DNA from: the human T2T-CHM13v2.0 reference genome, Homo sapiens
Length of the DNA stretch: 64,000 nucleotides
Strand: one strand, 5' to 3'
NCBI RefSeq assembly: GCF_009914755.1
Contig: NC_060930.1
Position 1 is the first letter of the stretch; each line of letters starts with the position of its first letter. The notes beneath the pieces are model-generated. The model was not told the origin of the DNA. It made no database searches and worked only from the letters and a program-made list of their open reading frames with translations. Made by a program: the position numbers and the translations under genes. Shown here in pieces: positions 38,141 to 52,608 of this stretch.

Positions 38141-38850
38141 TTCCTCTGGTTTTTGTAACAGGGTAATGCTGGACTCTTAAAAGAGTTTCTTTCTCATCTA
38201 TCTTTGAAATAGTTTCCATAGAATTGATTTTATCATTCTTTAAATGTTTGGTAGAATTCACCATGAAACCATATAGTCTTGGGTGGTTTTGTTTTGTGTT
38301 GTTTTGTTTGGGTGGCAAGATTTTAAATTACAAGTTTTTGTAATAGATAAAAGAATATTCAGGTTTTTGGTTTCTTCTTGAGTCCATTTTCATAATTTAT
38401 ATCTTTCAAAGAATTTGCCCATTTTATCTAAGTTGGGAGTTTACTGGCATAAGGTTCATAGTATTCTTTGTATCCTTTTACTGTTGGTAGCATCTGTAGT
38501 GATGTCCCATCCTTCATGCCTAAAGCTGGTCATCTGTATCTTCTTTTCTTTTCTCAGCCTAACTAGTACATTACTAATTGTATTGACTTTTTTCAAAGAT
38601 GTACTTTTTACTTTTATTGATTTTTCTCTATTTTCTATTTCATTGATTTCTTATTTTACCTTTATTATTTTCTTTATTTGTCTTTTCATTTGATTTTTTC
38701 TCTTTGTTAGCTTCTTGAAGTGGAAGCTTAGATTTTTATATCTAACACAGAAATTAAAATCTATAAATTTTTCTCTAAGCACTGCTTTAGTTGCATATCA
38801 TATATTTAGATGTGTTATGATTTCATTTTCATTCAGTTCAAGATATTTTT
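38141..38850 (-). mobile_element. Continuation of the old L1M (ORF2 middle)
   Basis: gggtaatgctgg...tttggtagaattcacc...tttcttcttgagtc...ctctaagcactgctttag. Confidence 0.75.
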
Positions 38851-40992
38851 CTCCCCTACCTACCTCATTTTTTCCCCAAAAGTATTGAATATTTGTCCTA
38901 GAATAAACCTCCACAGGATAAGAATTATTTATTTTAATCATGTGTTTTGTTTATGTCTATAATTTTGGTAGGTCTAGTCCTTTGCTGATCATTTTTCTCT
39001 TTGTCTTTTGAGATGATTAGTATGTGTATTAGTCCTACTTTATTCACATGTAGAATTTGAAGCTCACAATTTATTGATCTAAGGAATGAAGTAGAATTAT
39101 TATTTTCCATATTTTTGCCAGTGAAACACCAAATGGCAAGTAAAAATCTTGAGATGAATGTTTAAAGTGTGGGGTGTGTATATGTTTGTATTTTTATTCA
39201 AGGTGAAATAATTAACTTTTAAAATATTTATGGCTTTCTTAAATTACAGGCTAGAGCCAACAAATAGTTTGCCTGTTCCTTACATGTCCCTGATATATCT
39301 TTACAAGTAATCATAGCACTGCTTCTGACAAGGTCAGATGCATAATTCGAACCTTTCTTACTCCATTCCCAAGCTATTTAATAAGCCCATTTTGCCAGTA
39401 AATATAGGAGAGAAAAAATAATGGGCCAAAATTTTCCTGTTGTTTAACCTAAATGAATATTTTCATTTTCATCTTCCTTTCAGAATTATTTTCTAATACT
39501 AGTATGAAAACATACATAAAGTTCCTAAAATTGAATAACATATTACTTAGTATTTACATACATTACACACAGCTTAAATAAGTTTGTGGAAATGATTATT
39601 TTAAAAATTTTAGTATTTTGAAAATTCATGTCATCTCAAAAATAGCTTTTACCCAGAATTAGCATCTTAAATATTTGGATTAATATTCTGTTTTATACCC
39701 CTTATAATATTCTCCTAGCCATTTAAATCATATTCTAGTAATTTAGAATTTGTTCCACTTCAAACTTCTTTGATTTTCTCATACTAAAGAGAATTATTTA
39801 CTAGGCAAATCAACAGTGTAAATGAGATTTCAGTTGGTTCACCTAAAGAGTCAAATTATTTTCAAGAATGTAAGTAGGATCATTTGCGTATATAAAATTA
39901 ATGTATAGATCCGCCTCATCTCACATTAAAGTGCAGTCTCTACTTAAAAAACATTTTATAAGCAATCAGTTTGTATTCTTATATACTTTGAAACCATTCA
40001 ACTGCTTTTACTTTTCAATATTGACTAGTATAAGTTGCTATTCACAGTGGCCTGCCTCCTCCCTTGCTATCAGGCAACTTTTTGTTTACCTTGCCAAATA
40101 TATCCATGCATTGAAAATCCCTTTCCCTAACATTTACTATGACTTCTTTAAAGGTTTCTCTTTTGTCACTATGACCCTTAAGGCCAAAGTAAGCAGGTGT
40201 TGCATAACAGTGGGTTCAACCATAATGTATCAAGAAGGATAGAGGGAAAATCAGTAAGGTACTTTCCTGTGGGAATACCCCATAATCTAGTGCCAAATTT
40301 ATTCTAATTCATAGCTGAGGACAATAACCTTTGTTTTTACAGTATTTCCCATGCAGTTTCTAAGATTTATTTTTAAAAATTTTCTAGGAGAGATGGACTA
40401 TTCTCTATTATGATCTGCTGTGATCCATAACTTTTATTTTTAGCTGTAGACCTTTTGATAAGAATTATTGAAAAGGCAAGTATAAAACTAGCTAGCTGGA
40501 AAGCTATTCTACATGCTTTAGTCTACAAAAATGGTCTTTTTATTTATAGCTTACATGTAAAATCATATGATATTTGTGATTTTTCAAATGTAATTTTGAT
40601 AATTACCTTTAAAGAAAAAAATATGTTTATATCACAATAAAAAGTTTAAATTTTTCTTCAAATGTACTGTTTTATTCTTCTGTGTGGATATTGTCTCTTT
40701 TTCTATTTATCATCATGGAGAAAAGTTCCAGTCCTTGGAATTTATCTTACTAACTAAAGTTCAGCCCAGTAACTAGCTAGGTGAGACCAAGAATAAATTA
40801 GGAACAAAATATTTTAAAAAATAGATTTGTCATGCTTCTTTCACACTGGGTGTTAAGTAGTGTGTGAAGAAAATATGGAAAGCTGTTGTTTTATGAAACT
40901 ATATTAGGAATATAATAATTTGACTGTCCTCATTGGTATGTCCCTTGTTCCCTCTTATGCCCCCAAATATCTCATATATCTTAATTTGATAA

Positions 40993-41340
<348 letters not shown>

Positions 41341-41689
41341 TGATAGGAAAGTTGATATTCTATGTTTTGACATTGGAGCCATTTTCCCTATTGTTTATGG
41401 ACTCAGAGTAATACTGGATTTTTAAATAAGTTAATGTAATTCTGTTATTGTTATACTATTAAAATAGAACAACGTCTGTGCCATATTTATGGAGGCACTA
41501 AATGGCCACAAGGAAATGACTTCCAAGATGCCAACATTTGGGCCTATCAAAAACAAAGGCAGCTTGCTACCTTATCGCTGAATGATAAAAAGATTTTAAT
41601 GCTTTGCTCTTAAATGTAAAAGAACAGCAAGAATTGTTCTTTAGTGGTGGAAAGTCTCAACCGTGAATGAGAGTAATCAACAGACAAAT

Positions 41690-43070
41690 TGCAGTGAACA
41701 GAAGAAAAATTACAAAAACCTTTAATTGACATCCTCAGATAAATAAGAAAAGATATTGTGTCCCTAAACAAGATACTGTGAAAAGGAAAATTGAGAAAGA
41801 GCTCTGAGAAATGTAAATAGTAATATTGAATTAATTTTTTTTGCAATAAAATAGTTGGAAGGTATGCTGAAGTAAAATTTCCAGAAAATAAAAGGGCAGA
41901 GATGAAAGAGAGAAAAAGCTAAGAGATCAACCCAGTGGTTTCAACATTCAAAAGAAAGGAGTCCCTGAGAGAAAAATTATTAAAGAAATAATATCAGAAA
42001 ACTTCCTCAACCTAAAGCCCATGAGTCTCCAGACTGTACCTTGTACAAAGATTTAAAGACCCAATCCAAGGCATATTATCACATTGAGCATAAAGTTAAT
42101 ATCTTAAAAGCTTCTAAAAAGAGAATGGTGTGGGCACATTTAAAGAAGTGCGCATCCAAGTTAATCCAGACATCCCATTAGCAATTTTTTCAGCTTAAAA
42201 AAAGAGGAACAATGCAAAATTTGTATGGATAATACTTTTTGACTTGGAGTGCTACACACAACCAAATGTCGGTCAGTTGCGTGGCCTAAGACCACGCATG
42301 CAGAGACAACAACAAAATTTCCCTGGTATCTTTCTGATGAAGCTTCTGAAAGAAAGCACACCCCTACAGAATGAGGGAGCTAATCAAGAATTAAGAAGAC
42401 TTAGGATCCGGGAAAAAAAGATTATTGAAAAAAGGATACCAAGAAGCAACATTCAAAGATGATAACCAGTTCACTATAAAAGCAACACACACCTGAAAGG
42501 AGTGGCATTTCCAGAAAAAGAAAAGGGGACTGGTACATTATACAATATGTCAAAGGTTTAGAAAACAGTATTGATTTTTGATAGCCCTAATGGAGTCTGG
42601 AAAACATCAACATAGGTATATAGAACATTAAGCTAATTTTTTTAAAAAGAGAAGCAATTATTAACTCTAGGAAAAATTACACATTGTGGAAAAACAAAAC
42701 TGAATAGTATATCAATTGGCTCTACAGTGAAAGTTATCTTTGCAATTGTACCAATGGAAGTACTGTGTTAACTAGGAGTTGTTCATTGATTTCTTTGGGA
42801 GGGTAAGGATAGAGTAGTTCAAGAGTTAAAGCCTCATTTACCATAATAGAGAAGTTAGTAACTTATTGCCTAAAAATTAGTAAATCTAGAAATGGCAGAA
42901 TTAGCATCTATTTTTAAATATAGAGGAAAGAACAAAGAACCATTTAAAAGAATTTAAGATGGGTTTCCCTGGAAATGGCAGGCAGCCAACTGTTTTTCAT
43001 TTTAAACTTTTGGTATTTAGGACTCTTTGAAACTATTTGCACGTGTGCTTTTTATAAAAATAAATTTTAA
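41690..43070 (+). mobile_element. HAL1/L1ME-like ancient LINE remnant
   Basis: A-rich, purine-biased strand; atcctcaga...aagatattg...aaacaaga and aaagaaataatatcagaaaacttcc ORF1-like motifs. Confidence 0.6.
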
Positions 43071-43160
43071 TTACCATAAAATTGTATTTAAAATGTCAGG
43101 GAAATAGAATAATTATGGCTTATAGTCAAGTTTTTACATTTTTGTCTTGTTATTTTCTAG

Positions 43161-43341
43161 AGTTCCTGGAATAACTATTGCTACAGATATTATCTGTGGT
43201 TTTCCTGGAGAAACAGATCAGGATTTTCAAGAAACAGTGAAACTTGTTGAAGAGTACAAATTCCCAAGCCTGTTTATTAACCAATTTTACCCAAGACCAG
43301 GAACTCCTGCTGCAAAAATGGAACAAGTTCCAGCACAAGTG
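43161..43341 (+). CDS. CDKAL1: Internal coding exon (181 nt) of CDKAL1, tRNA methylthiotransferase, radical-SAM domain C-terminal part
   Basis: Translates [60 protein letters not shown], containing the MiaB/MtaB-family motifs D-I-I-x-G-F-P-G-E-T and R-P-G-T-P-A and matching my recollection of human CDKAL1. Pyrimidine tract and ttttctag acceptor end at 43160; donor is GTG|gtaaga (GT at 43342-43343). Upstream intron phase 2, downstream phase 0. Confidence 0.96.
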
Positions 43342-44065
43342 GTAAGATCTTTTTCTTGTAAGGTATTGTTTTTTGCCAGTAGCTATAGAAATGCAGCTGT
43401 GTTGCCTACCTTCACACAACTTGCTCATGTTATAACCCTTAAATTACAAAATATGGAGAGATTTCCAAGTTGGGGTCAGGGGCCAGGGGGCCGTGGATGA
43501 GTTAAATGACCTTAGGCAACTAAAATATAATCACCTTTTTCTTCTTTTGAACAGTAAAATTCAGATGACTTGGGGAAAAAAATTTTTAATTAGTATCTAG
43601 TATTTACCTGTGTGTAGAAGATAAACTTTTGGATGTTTCAAAATAAGGCAATATTTAAATATTTGTGTGTAAATGAGGCTTCATTTTTACCCCACTTTTT
43701 AAGAGACCCTTTTCATAGTTTGTTATTGATTGGGATCCCCCTAGTTTTGCTGCTTTTCTATTGGATAGATTTGATACTATCTTTCTACCTTTTTTTTTTT
43801 TTTTCAGTTTTTTCACAACGAGCCTCAATTTAATTTTATCCTTTCATGTTCACAGATACAGTAGAATTAGATGACTCATAATGAATGTGAATAAGTTTGG
43901 AATCAAGTAAAGGCAAAATGTTTCCCAGAATGCCCCAGAAATTAAGGGTCTCAAAACAAATATCTACTTTCTAGATTCATTGGCTGAATACGGGCAAATG
44001 TAAAATAAGCCTGAAGAGCAAGTAGAAATTTAAGTGAAAATTTTCTACTTTGTTTCTAATAACTA

Positions 44066-44133
44066 TTAGGTTGGTGCAAAAGTAATTGCGGTTTTTGCCT
44101 TTAATTACCGCAATTACTTTTGCACTAACCTAA
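44066..44133. mobile_element. MADE1 (Hsmar1-derived MITE) palindrome
   Basis: Arms ttaggttggtgcaaaagtaattgcggt (44066-44092) and accgcaattacttttgcactaacctaa (44107-44133). Confidence 0.95.
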
Positions 44134-44719
44134 ATTTTAAAAAATTATGCCCTGTCATTAATTTGCCTCAAATGTTTTTATGAATAAATATGCAAAGAAA
44201 TAATCCAGAGCTTGTTACTGTTTTTCTGTTATAGCGTAAGTGAATATCAAACACAACATATATATTCTTTCAATATTTGGTTGAAAAATAGATGTATATT
44301 AGTTAAAGTCTGTTTTTTCCAAAATCAAAAGTGAATATCATAAAACCAAAATGAAGAGCATTATTTGTTTTCCCCAAATTTTCCTCATCTTAATTTACAA
44401 CTTTCTGTCTATACAAGGGTAAGAAAATATTTTGCAGGTGGACCATTTAATTTTCTTTCTAATCTAATCAATGAAAAAAAAGCAGATTGTAACACCACAA
44501 ATCGTTAACTTCCCACAAACATAAAAAGATGCCAAATTAATTCATTTTCTTCTATATCACAAGTATATATTATTGAGGGATAACTTACATACAACAAAAT
44601 TCACTCTTTTTGGTGTACAGTTCTATGACTTCTAGCAAATGCATATAGTAGTGCAACCTACTACATCACAATCAAGATATAGAACAATTCCATTAGCCCC
44701 CTCAAGATTCCTTTTTACC

Positions 44720-45040
<321 letters not shown>

Positions 45041-45554
45041 GATCCTTCTTACCCTTTTTTGTAATCATCTTCTCCCTCCATTCACACCCAGTTCCTGACA
45101 ACTACTGATCTGTTTTCTGTTCTCATAGTTCAATCTATTCTTTTTTTAAACTTTACTTCTTCTTTGCTAAAAAAGCTTTTGTACTGTACCTACAGAAAAG
45201 TATATGGCTGTGCACTTTTGTAAAGTGAATACTTCCTTATAACTACCAGTCAGATCAAGAAATTGAACATCACCAAGTACCACACAGGTCCCTGTCATGT
45301 CCTCCATTTACTGTCCTCTCCCCCTCCTCAAAGGAAGCCACCATGCCTTATTCTGACACCACAGGATAGTTTTACCCATTATTATTCTGGATATAAATGT
45401 AAGAATTCATGTTTGAGTGCTTGGATTTTGGGTTTTTGGGGATTTGTTTGTTTTTGCATAACATTATGTTGGCGAACTAATCTGTTTTTAAAGTAGCTGT
45501 AGTTCATCCATTGTTATTGCCAGGCAGTGTTCTACAGCATGCGTATATATATCA

Positions 45555-45731
<177 letters not shown>

Positions 45732-47873
45732 TCAAAATCCCAATATTAGTATTGCAGCAAATACAGCTGACAGGGTTCTTCTTGTTTTTTTCTTTTGTTC
45801 CACTTGTGTGTAAACTTTTCCACTGGGGGGTCTGGCTAGGAGTGTAATCGCTGAGTCATAGGAAATGAAATTGATCTGCTTTACTAGATAACTGCCAAAT
45901 AGTTTCCCCAAATAGTTGAATAAATTTGCAATCCCAACAACAATATATAAAAATGGTAGAAGCTCCATATTCTTACCAGCTCTTGGTATTGTTACATTCT
46001 TAATGTTAGCCATTCTGGTGGGAATGTAACTTAATTTTAATTGTAGTTTTATATTTTCCTGTTAATTAACCATTTTGAGTGTCTTTTATATGTTTATTAG
46101 CTATTTGGGTGTCTTTCTTCATGAATTACCTGTTCAAATCTTTTGCCCATCTACCTGTTGGATTTACAACCCGCCCTTACCCCCAATTTATAGGAGTTAT
46201 TTACGTATTCTGGCTACAGCTCCTTGGCAGGTCATGGTAATTTAAATATCTTCTTCCATTCTGTAACCTACCTTTTCTCTTCATGGTGCCTTTTGAAGAA
46301 CAGACGTTCTTCATTTTAATGTAGAATTTATCAATTTTTTTTTATGTTAGTGCTTTTTGTGTCCTCTTAAGAAATGTTTACCTTCTCCACACCATCATAA
46401 AGATACCCCTCAATGTACTGTTCTAGAAATTTTATCATTTTGCCTTTTACCTTTAAATCTGCAGTCCAATTGGAATTTATTTTAATTTAAGGTATGAGGT
46501 GTGTTTGGGTTTCAGGGGAAGTTCACGTTTGTTTTGGGTTTTTTTGCCTCGGAAGCTATCCATTTGAGTCAATGCAGTTTATTGAAAATATCATTCTTGT
46601 CTCACTCGCCTGCCTGGTCACCTTTATTATAAATCACATGTATGTACATGTGTGGGTCTGTCCTGGGCATCTATTCTGTTCCTTTGGTCTGTTTGTCAGT
46701 CTTTCCACCCATACACAGGTTAACTACCATAGCTTTATAGTAAGTCTTGATATTGGCAATGTAAGTATTTCAATGTCGTATTTTTCTTGAAATTGCCCTA
46801 ACTATTGTTGTTCCTTTGTTTTTGTAAATTTGTCAAGTTTCACCAAAAATCCTGCTGGAATTTTGATTAAGATCATATTGATTTTATAGGTCATTTGGGG
46901 GAAACTGATGTTGTTATAATATCAAGTTTCTGTCCTTAAATGAAGTATATGTCTCCATTTATTTTGATCTTCTCTAATTTCTATCGATAATGTTTTATAA
47001 TTCTCTGTATATGTCTTACATATCATTTTATTAAATATGTTCCTACATGTGTGTTTCCATTGATACTATTGAAATGATTTTCATTTTTGTTGCTACTTAG
47101 AAATAAAGTTGATTAAAATATATTTATTTTGCCCAACTAATTCACTTATTAATTCTAATAGTGTTTCTGTAGGGTATTTTTTTAGATTTTCTTAGTATAC
47201 AGTTATGTCATCTGATAGTCATAGTTTTAATTTTTCCATTCCAATTCTCATGACTTTTATTTCCTTTTCTTATCTTACTATACTGGCAAGAATGTTCAGT
47301 ACACTGAGTAGAATTGGGCATCTTTCTCTTCTTCCCAAGCTCAAGGGGAGAGTTTTCAGAATTTTACCATTAAATGTAAAAGTTAGCTGTAGCTTTGGAA
47401 TTAGTAAAGTTCCTTTCTATTCCTATTTTTCCCTGTGTCTGTGTGTGTGTTTTAATCATGAATAGAGTTGAACTTTATCATATGCTTTTTTGTCTATTGA
47501 AATAATATGATTTGTTTTTTGTTCTAAGTCTCTGTTAATATTATAACCTACATTGAATGGTTTTCAAATATTAAATTAACCTTGCATTCCTGTAATAAGC
47601 TTTACTTGGTTGTGATATATTGCTATTGATAAAATATTTCTGTTGTCTTGGTTATATTTCATGAAGGTTTTGCATTTTTGTTCATGGAAGACATTGATCT
47701 GTAGTTTTCTTGTAATGTCTTCTTAATTTTGTTATCAGAGTAGCATTGGCCTCATAGAATTAGTTGAGAAATCTTCCTTCCTCTACATTTTTCTGGAAGA
47801 GTTTGTATAGAAGTAAAGTATTTCTTTTTAAAATATTTGACAGAATTGCCCAATAAAATCCCCCAGATTTTCT

Positions 47874-48184
<311 letters not shown>

Positions 48185-48619
48185 TCCCCCAGATTTTCTC
48201 ATCCTCCTCACCCCCAGGTTACACACCCTTTCTAATCTCTGGGACTGTGAATTTGATATTTGCTGTACTTGCTGATCGTTTGGTTCCACTCTGTGTAGTT
48301 ATTTTTCCCTTTTCCTGAAAGATAGCACATGTGTACAGCTGAATAATTTTCTCGGCCTGATCTTGCCATAAGAATGTTAAGAATCCTATGGCCTCTTTTT
48401 ATTTTGTACTGTCTCTGTCCCTTTTAGTCTACACTGGCAGTGTGAATTTTTTGTTTGTTTATTTGGTTTTGGTTTGTTTGGGCTTTTTTCTTTTTGTTTC
48501 TCTCTTTTTTTTTTTTTTTGGCTCAGTTTTCTCAGGAATTTTGTGGGTCTTCCCTGGATTTCACTGGAACTTACTCCATTAGATAAATGTTATATCCACA
48601 GATCTTTATGAGATCATCC

Positions 48620-49255
48620 CTGCTCTACCTTAGCCTCTTGCTGAGAGTACTTTTCTTTGTATTTATCCTGCTTGAGGATTCTTGGTGTTTTTTCGCCCTG
48701 TGTCCTCATTTTTTTCAGAAGGTTTGGAAACCTTAGCCATTCTTTCTTCAGATATATATTCTACTCTCTTCTCTCTTCCCCTGTGATTTCAGTTACATGT
48801 GCTAGATATTTTCTTTTGTTCCCCAATATCTGATATATTCTTTGCTATACTTTGTGCACTTTGTTCTGTGTTTCTGTCTGGATATTTCCTCTTTATCTGT
48901 TTCCTATTTCCTTGGTATTCGTAACTGTCCCTGGGCCAACATCCACAGAAATTGTAGTCCCTGAACAGCAGTGTTGGCAGCAGCTGTGAGGCTGCTGGAA
49001 ATGCAGACTCTCAGGCCCCACCCTAGACCTGTTCAGTCACCGTCTGCATCTCCAGGTGATTTGTGTATACATTAAAATTTGTGAAGCACTGATCTTGCTT
49101 ACTAATCCTTTCTTCATTTGTTTTTAATCTGCTGTCAAACCCATCTATGGGATTTCTAATTTTAGTTAATGTGTTTTTTAATTCTAGAATTATAGTTTGA
49201 ATTTTCATAGATTTCCATGTTCTAATTAAATTATTCATATTTTCCTTTATAGTTT
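48620..49255 (-). mobile_element. Ancient L1/HAL1 ORF1-region remnant containing a MER5A-like insert (about 48955-49092)
   Basis: Peptide 49023-49238 (ELKNTLTKIRNPIDGFDSRL) resembles the L1 ORF1 coiled coil; gaaatgcagactctcaggccccaccctagacct is MER5A-like. Confidence 0.6.
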
Positions 49256-49263
49256 TTAAACAT

Positions 49264-49622
49264 TTATATGGTTTGGCTTTGTGTCCTCACCCAAATCTCA
49301 TCTTGAATTGTAATCCCCACGTGTCAGGGGAGAGACCTGGTGGGAGGTGATTGGATCATGGGGGCAGATTCCCCCATGCTGTTTTCATGATAGTGAGTGA
49401 GTTCTCACAAGATCTGATGGTTTTATAAGGGGCTCTTCCCTCTTGACTCTCCTCTCTCCTGCCACCTTGTGAAGGGGGTGCCTGCTGCCCCTTCCACCGT
49501 GATTGTAAATTTCCTGAGGCCTCCCCAGCCATGCGGAACTGTGAGCCAATTAAACCTCTTTTCTTTATAATTTACCCAGTCTCAGGCATTTCTTTATAGC
49601 AGTGTGAAAACAGACTAATACA
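49264..49622 (+). mobile_element. THE1-type MaLR solo LTR with 5-bp TSD AACAT
   Basis: atatggtttggct...cccaaatctcatcttgaattgtaa...ttcctgaggcctcccca...gactaataca; AACAT at 49259-49263 and 49623-49627. Confidence 0.92.
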
Positions 49623-49974
49623 AACATATTACTTAGTTATCTTAAAGTCCATTCCAAAATCTCCAGTATTTGGATCTCATATTGGTTCATTTCTGCTTTT
49701 TAGTTTTGTTTTTTCTTGATTCTGGTCGTTTGTCTTTTTCTCCATGTACCTAGTATTTTTTTCTTTTTTTGAATGGTGGCCATTGTTTATTTTTTAAAAA
49801 CCTGTAGATTCTAGGCTATCATGTATCTTCCTCCAGGGAGGATTTTATTTTGCTTCTGCCAGGTGCTAAGGTAAGAACTGATTATTTTAATCTGACTGAG
49901 ATGGATTTTTGAGACTGTTTTTCACTCTTTCTGATGACTGCTTTATTTCTGCCTGCCCTTACTTTTGAATGCAG

Positions 49975-50162
49975 CCAGTTGTGTGCTAGTGTTTAACAAG
50001 TGACTCTCGGGAGAAAGAGTTCTGATCTGTAGCATTTGCCAGTTTCCATAGTGTGAATACTTCCACTGTTGCCAATTTCAGATTACCAATGTTACATCAC
50101 TGAAGATGGCACTGGGAAGCGATACACACAGCCAGCTTTTGTGAACTGGTACACGCCACATT
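49975..50162. mobile_element. MER63-like hAT MITE
   Basis: tgtagcatttgccagtttccatagtgtgaatact...gccaatttcag. Confidence 0.5.
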
Positions 50163-50595
50163 AACGTACCACCTAGTGTAGTTCTTCTAGTACCCAGCTG
50201 AAATTCTATGGTGATTTTACCAGGACTTTTTCTTTATGGCAGATCTTCAACTCTAATTTTTGTATCTCACGCTCATGAGAATGCATCAGGCTCTGCGTAT
50301 TTACTTCGCCTCTTAGATTTTGTTTGGCTGTTCAGCCTCCCAGGCACTACTTAACATTGATAAATGTCTAGAAGGAAAAAGTGACTCCAAATATTGAGCT
50401 GTCCTCCACGGGCTTGTCTTCTTTCTGGGAGCTTGATCTCTCACTTCCTTGGTAGCTTTTTCATGTTTAAATAGTACAGATTGTACATTTTATTCACCTT
50501 TTTAATTGTTCTTGGCAAGAACATTGGTCTGATACTAGCTAGTTAGCCAGAAGCAGAACTCATTGCATAAAATCAGCTTTTAAATGCCTTTTTTT

Positions 50596-50691
50596 CGGAG
50601 CTTGCAGTGAGCCAAGATTGTGCCATTGCACTCTAGCCTGGGCGACTGAGCGAGACTCCGTCTCAAAAAAAAAAAAAAAAAAAAAAAAAAA
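50596..50691 (+). mobile_element. Heavily 5'-truncated AluY with a pure A-tail of about 27 nt
   Basis: cggagcttgcagtgagcc...gagcgagactccgtctc(A)n; approximate TSD gcct(t/g)ttttt. Confidence 0.9.
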
Positions 50692-50787
50692 GCCTGTTTT
50701 TGTCTTGTCTTTTATCTTCTAAACGTAGCCTGTTACCATCTTCCTCACGTTTTAGACTTCAGTCACCCAGGCCTGGAATAGAGTATC

Positions 50788-51930
50788 TTTTTTTTTTTTT
50801 TTTGTCTTTATTTTTTAAAGCACTTTTAGGTTCACAGCAACATTAAGCAGAAAATAACACATAGAGTTGCTATATGTTTCCTGCCCCTACACATGCACAG
50901 CTTTTCCCAGTACATTTGTTACAATCAATGAACCTACATTACATATCATTTTCACCCAAAGTCCATAGTTTACATTAGGATTGATCCTAGGTGGTATACA
51001 TTATATGGGTTTTGACAAATGTGAAATGACAAGCATCCACCACTATAGTATCATCAGAATAATTCCATTTCTCCAAAATCCTGTGTTCTCTGCTTGTTCA
51101 TCCCTCTCTTCCCCAAACCCCTGGCAACCACTGATCTACTGCCTCTAATTTTGCCTTTTCCAGAATGTCACATATTTGGAAACATGGAGTGTGTAGACTT
51201 TTCAGATTGGCTTTTTTTGCTTAGTAATATACATTTAAGATTCCTTTGAATCTTTTCACGGCCTGATAGCTCATTTTATTTTAGCACTGAATAATATTTC
51301 ATTGTGTGGACATAACACAATTTATCCATTTACCTACTGAAGGACATGTTGGTTGCTTCCAAGTTTTGGCAATTGTGAATAAATCTGCTATAAACATCCA
51401 CGTGCAGGTTTTTTTGTGGACCTAAGTGTTCAGCTCATTTGGATAAATACCAAAGAGGAGCGTGATTGTTGAATTGTATGGTAAGAGTAGGTTTATAGAA
51501 GTATGTTTATAAAAAATTGCCACACTGTCTTCCAAAGCCACTCTGCCATTTTGCATTCTTACCAGCAATGAATGAGAGTTCCTTTTGTTCCATATCCTTG
51601 CCAACATCCTTGCCAACATTTGGTATTGTCAGCATTTTGGATTTTGGCCATTGTAACAGGTGTGTAATGGTATCTCACTGTAGTTTTAATTTGTAATTCA
51701 CTAATGACATATGGTGTTGAGTGTCTTTTCATATACTTATTTGCCATATGTATGTTTTCTTTGGTGAGGTGTCTGTTCAGGTCTGTTGCCCATTTTTAAT
51801 CATGCAGTTTGTTTCCTTATTGTTGAGTTATAAGAGTTCTTTGTGTATTTTGGGTAACAATTCATTATTAGATGTGTGCTTTACAAATATATTTTTCCAG
51901 TCTATGGCCTGTTTTCTCATTCGTTTGAAA
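50788..51930 (-). mobile_element. L1MC1/2-like 3' end
   Basis: ttttaggttcacagcaa...tacatttgttacaatcaatgaacctacatt...; ORF2 C-terminal peptide at 51559-51747. Confidence 0.8.
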
Positions 51931-52168
51931 CAGACTAATTTTTGTTTATTTATTTTGTTTATTATTTTGTTTATTTAGCACTTGGAAATTTTTCAACTTT
52001 CCACTGCACTGCAATCTGAAACAGTAAACTTAGGTTCAGAGTGTCCTAGGCCAACTTGTGAAGCTGTTTCCTTGTATTATTCTCAGTTATACTGTTCTGT
52101 TCTCAAGAGCCAATATTCTGGGATTCTGCACTGTTGTTCTTCTCATGCAGCTCTTTATTAAACCTCTT

Positions 52169-52608
52169 TGTATTAATGTCCCAAAGCTTCTATAACAAAG
52201 TACCACAAACTAGGGGGCTTCAAACAACAGAAATGTATTATCTTACGATTCTAGAGGCTACAAGTACAAAGAAAAGCCTCTTCTCCCTCAGAATCATGTA
52301 CCAGAATCCTTCCTGGCCTGTCCCAGCTTCTGGTGATTTCCTGATGGTCTTTGGTGTTTCTTGGCCTGCAGCTGCATAGCTCTAGTCTCTGACTTTATTG
52401 TCACAAGGTGTCCGTGTATGTCTCTGTCTTTACATGGCTGTTTTCTTAAAAGGACTAAGTCATATTGGATTAGGGGCCCACCCTGCTCTTCATCTTTACT
52501 AGTTATGTCTGAAACAAGCCTATTTCCACATAAGGTAACATTCTGAAGTACTGGGGATTAGGACTTCAGTATGACTTTTTGTGGGGGATACAATTCAATC
52601 CACGAGAC
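52169..52608 (-). mobile_element. MLT1C-like MaLR LTR
   Basis: tataacaaagtaccacaaact...gtcatattggattagggg...tactggggattaggacttca. Confidence 0.75.

Noticed and set aside
43159-43162. Alternative acceptor at the second AG (ctag|AG)
   Set aside because: A 2-nt shift would break the frame given the expected preceding Lys codon; no evidence of use.
43147-43500. 117-aa ORF taken as a complete gene or an extended exon
   Set aside because: Starts at TTG inside the pyrimidine tract. Family similarity ends at the GT donor (43342); the rest is chance intronic read-through.
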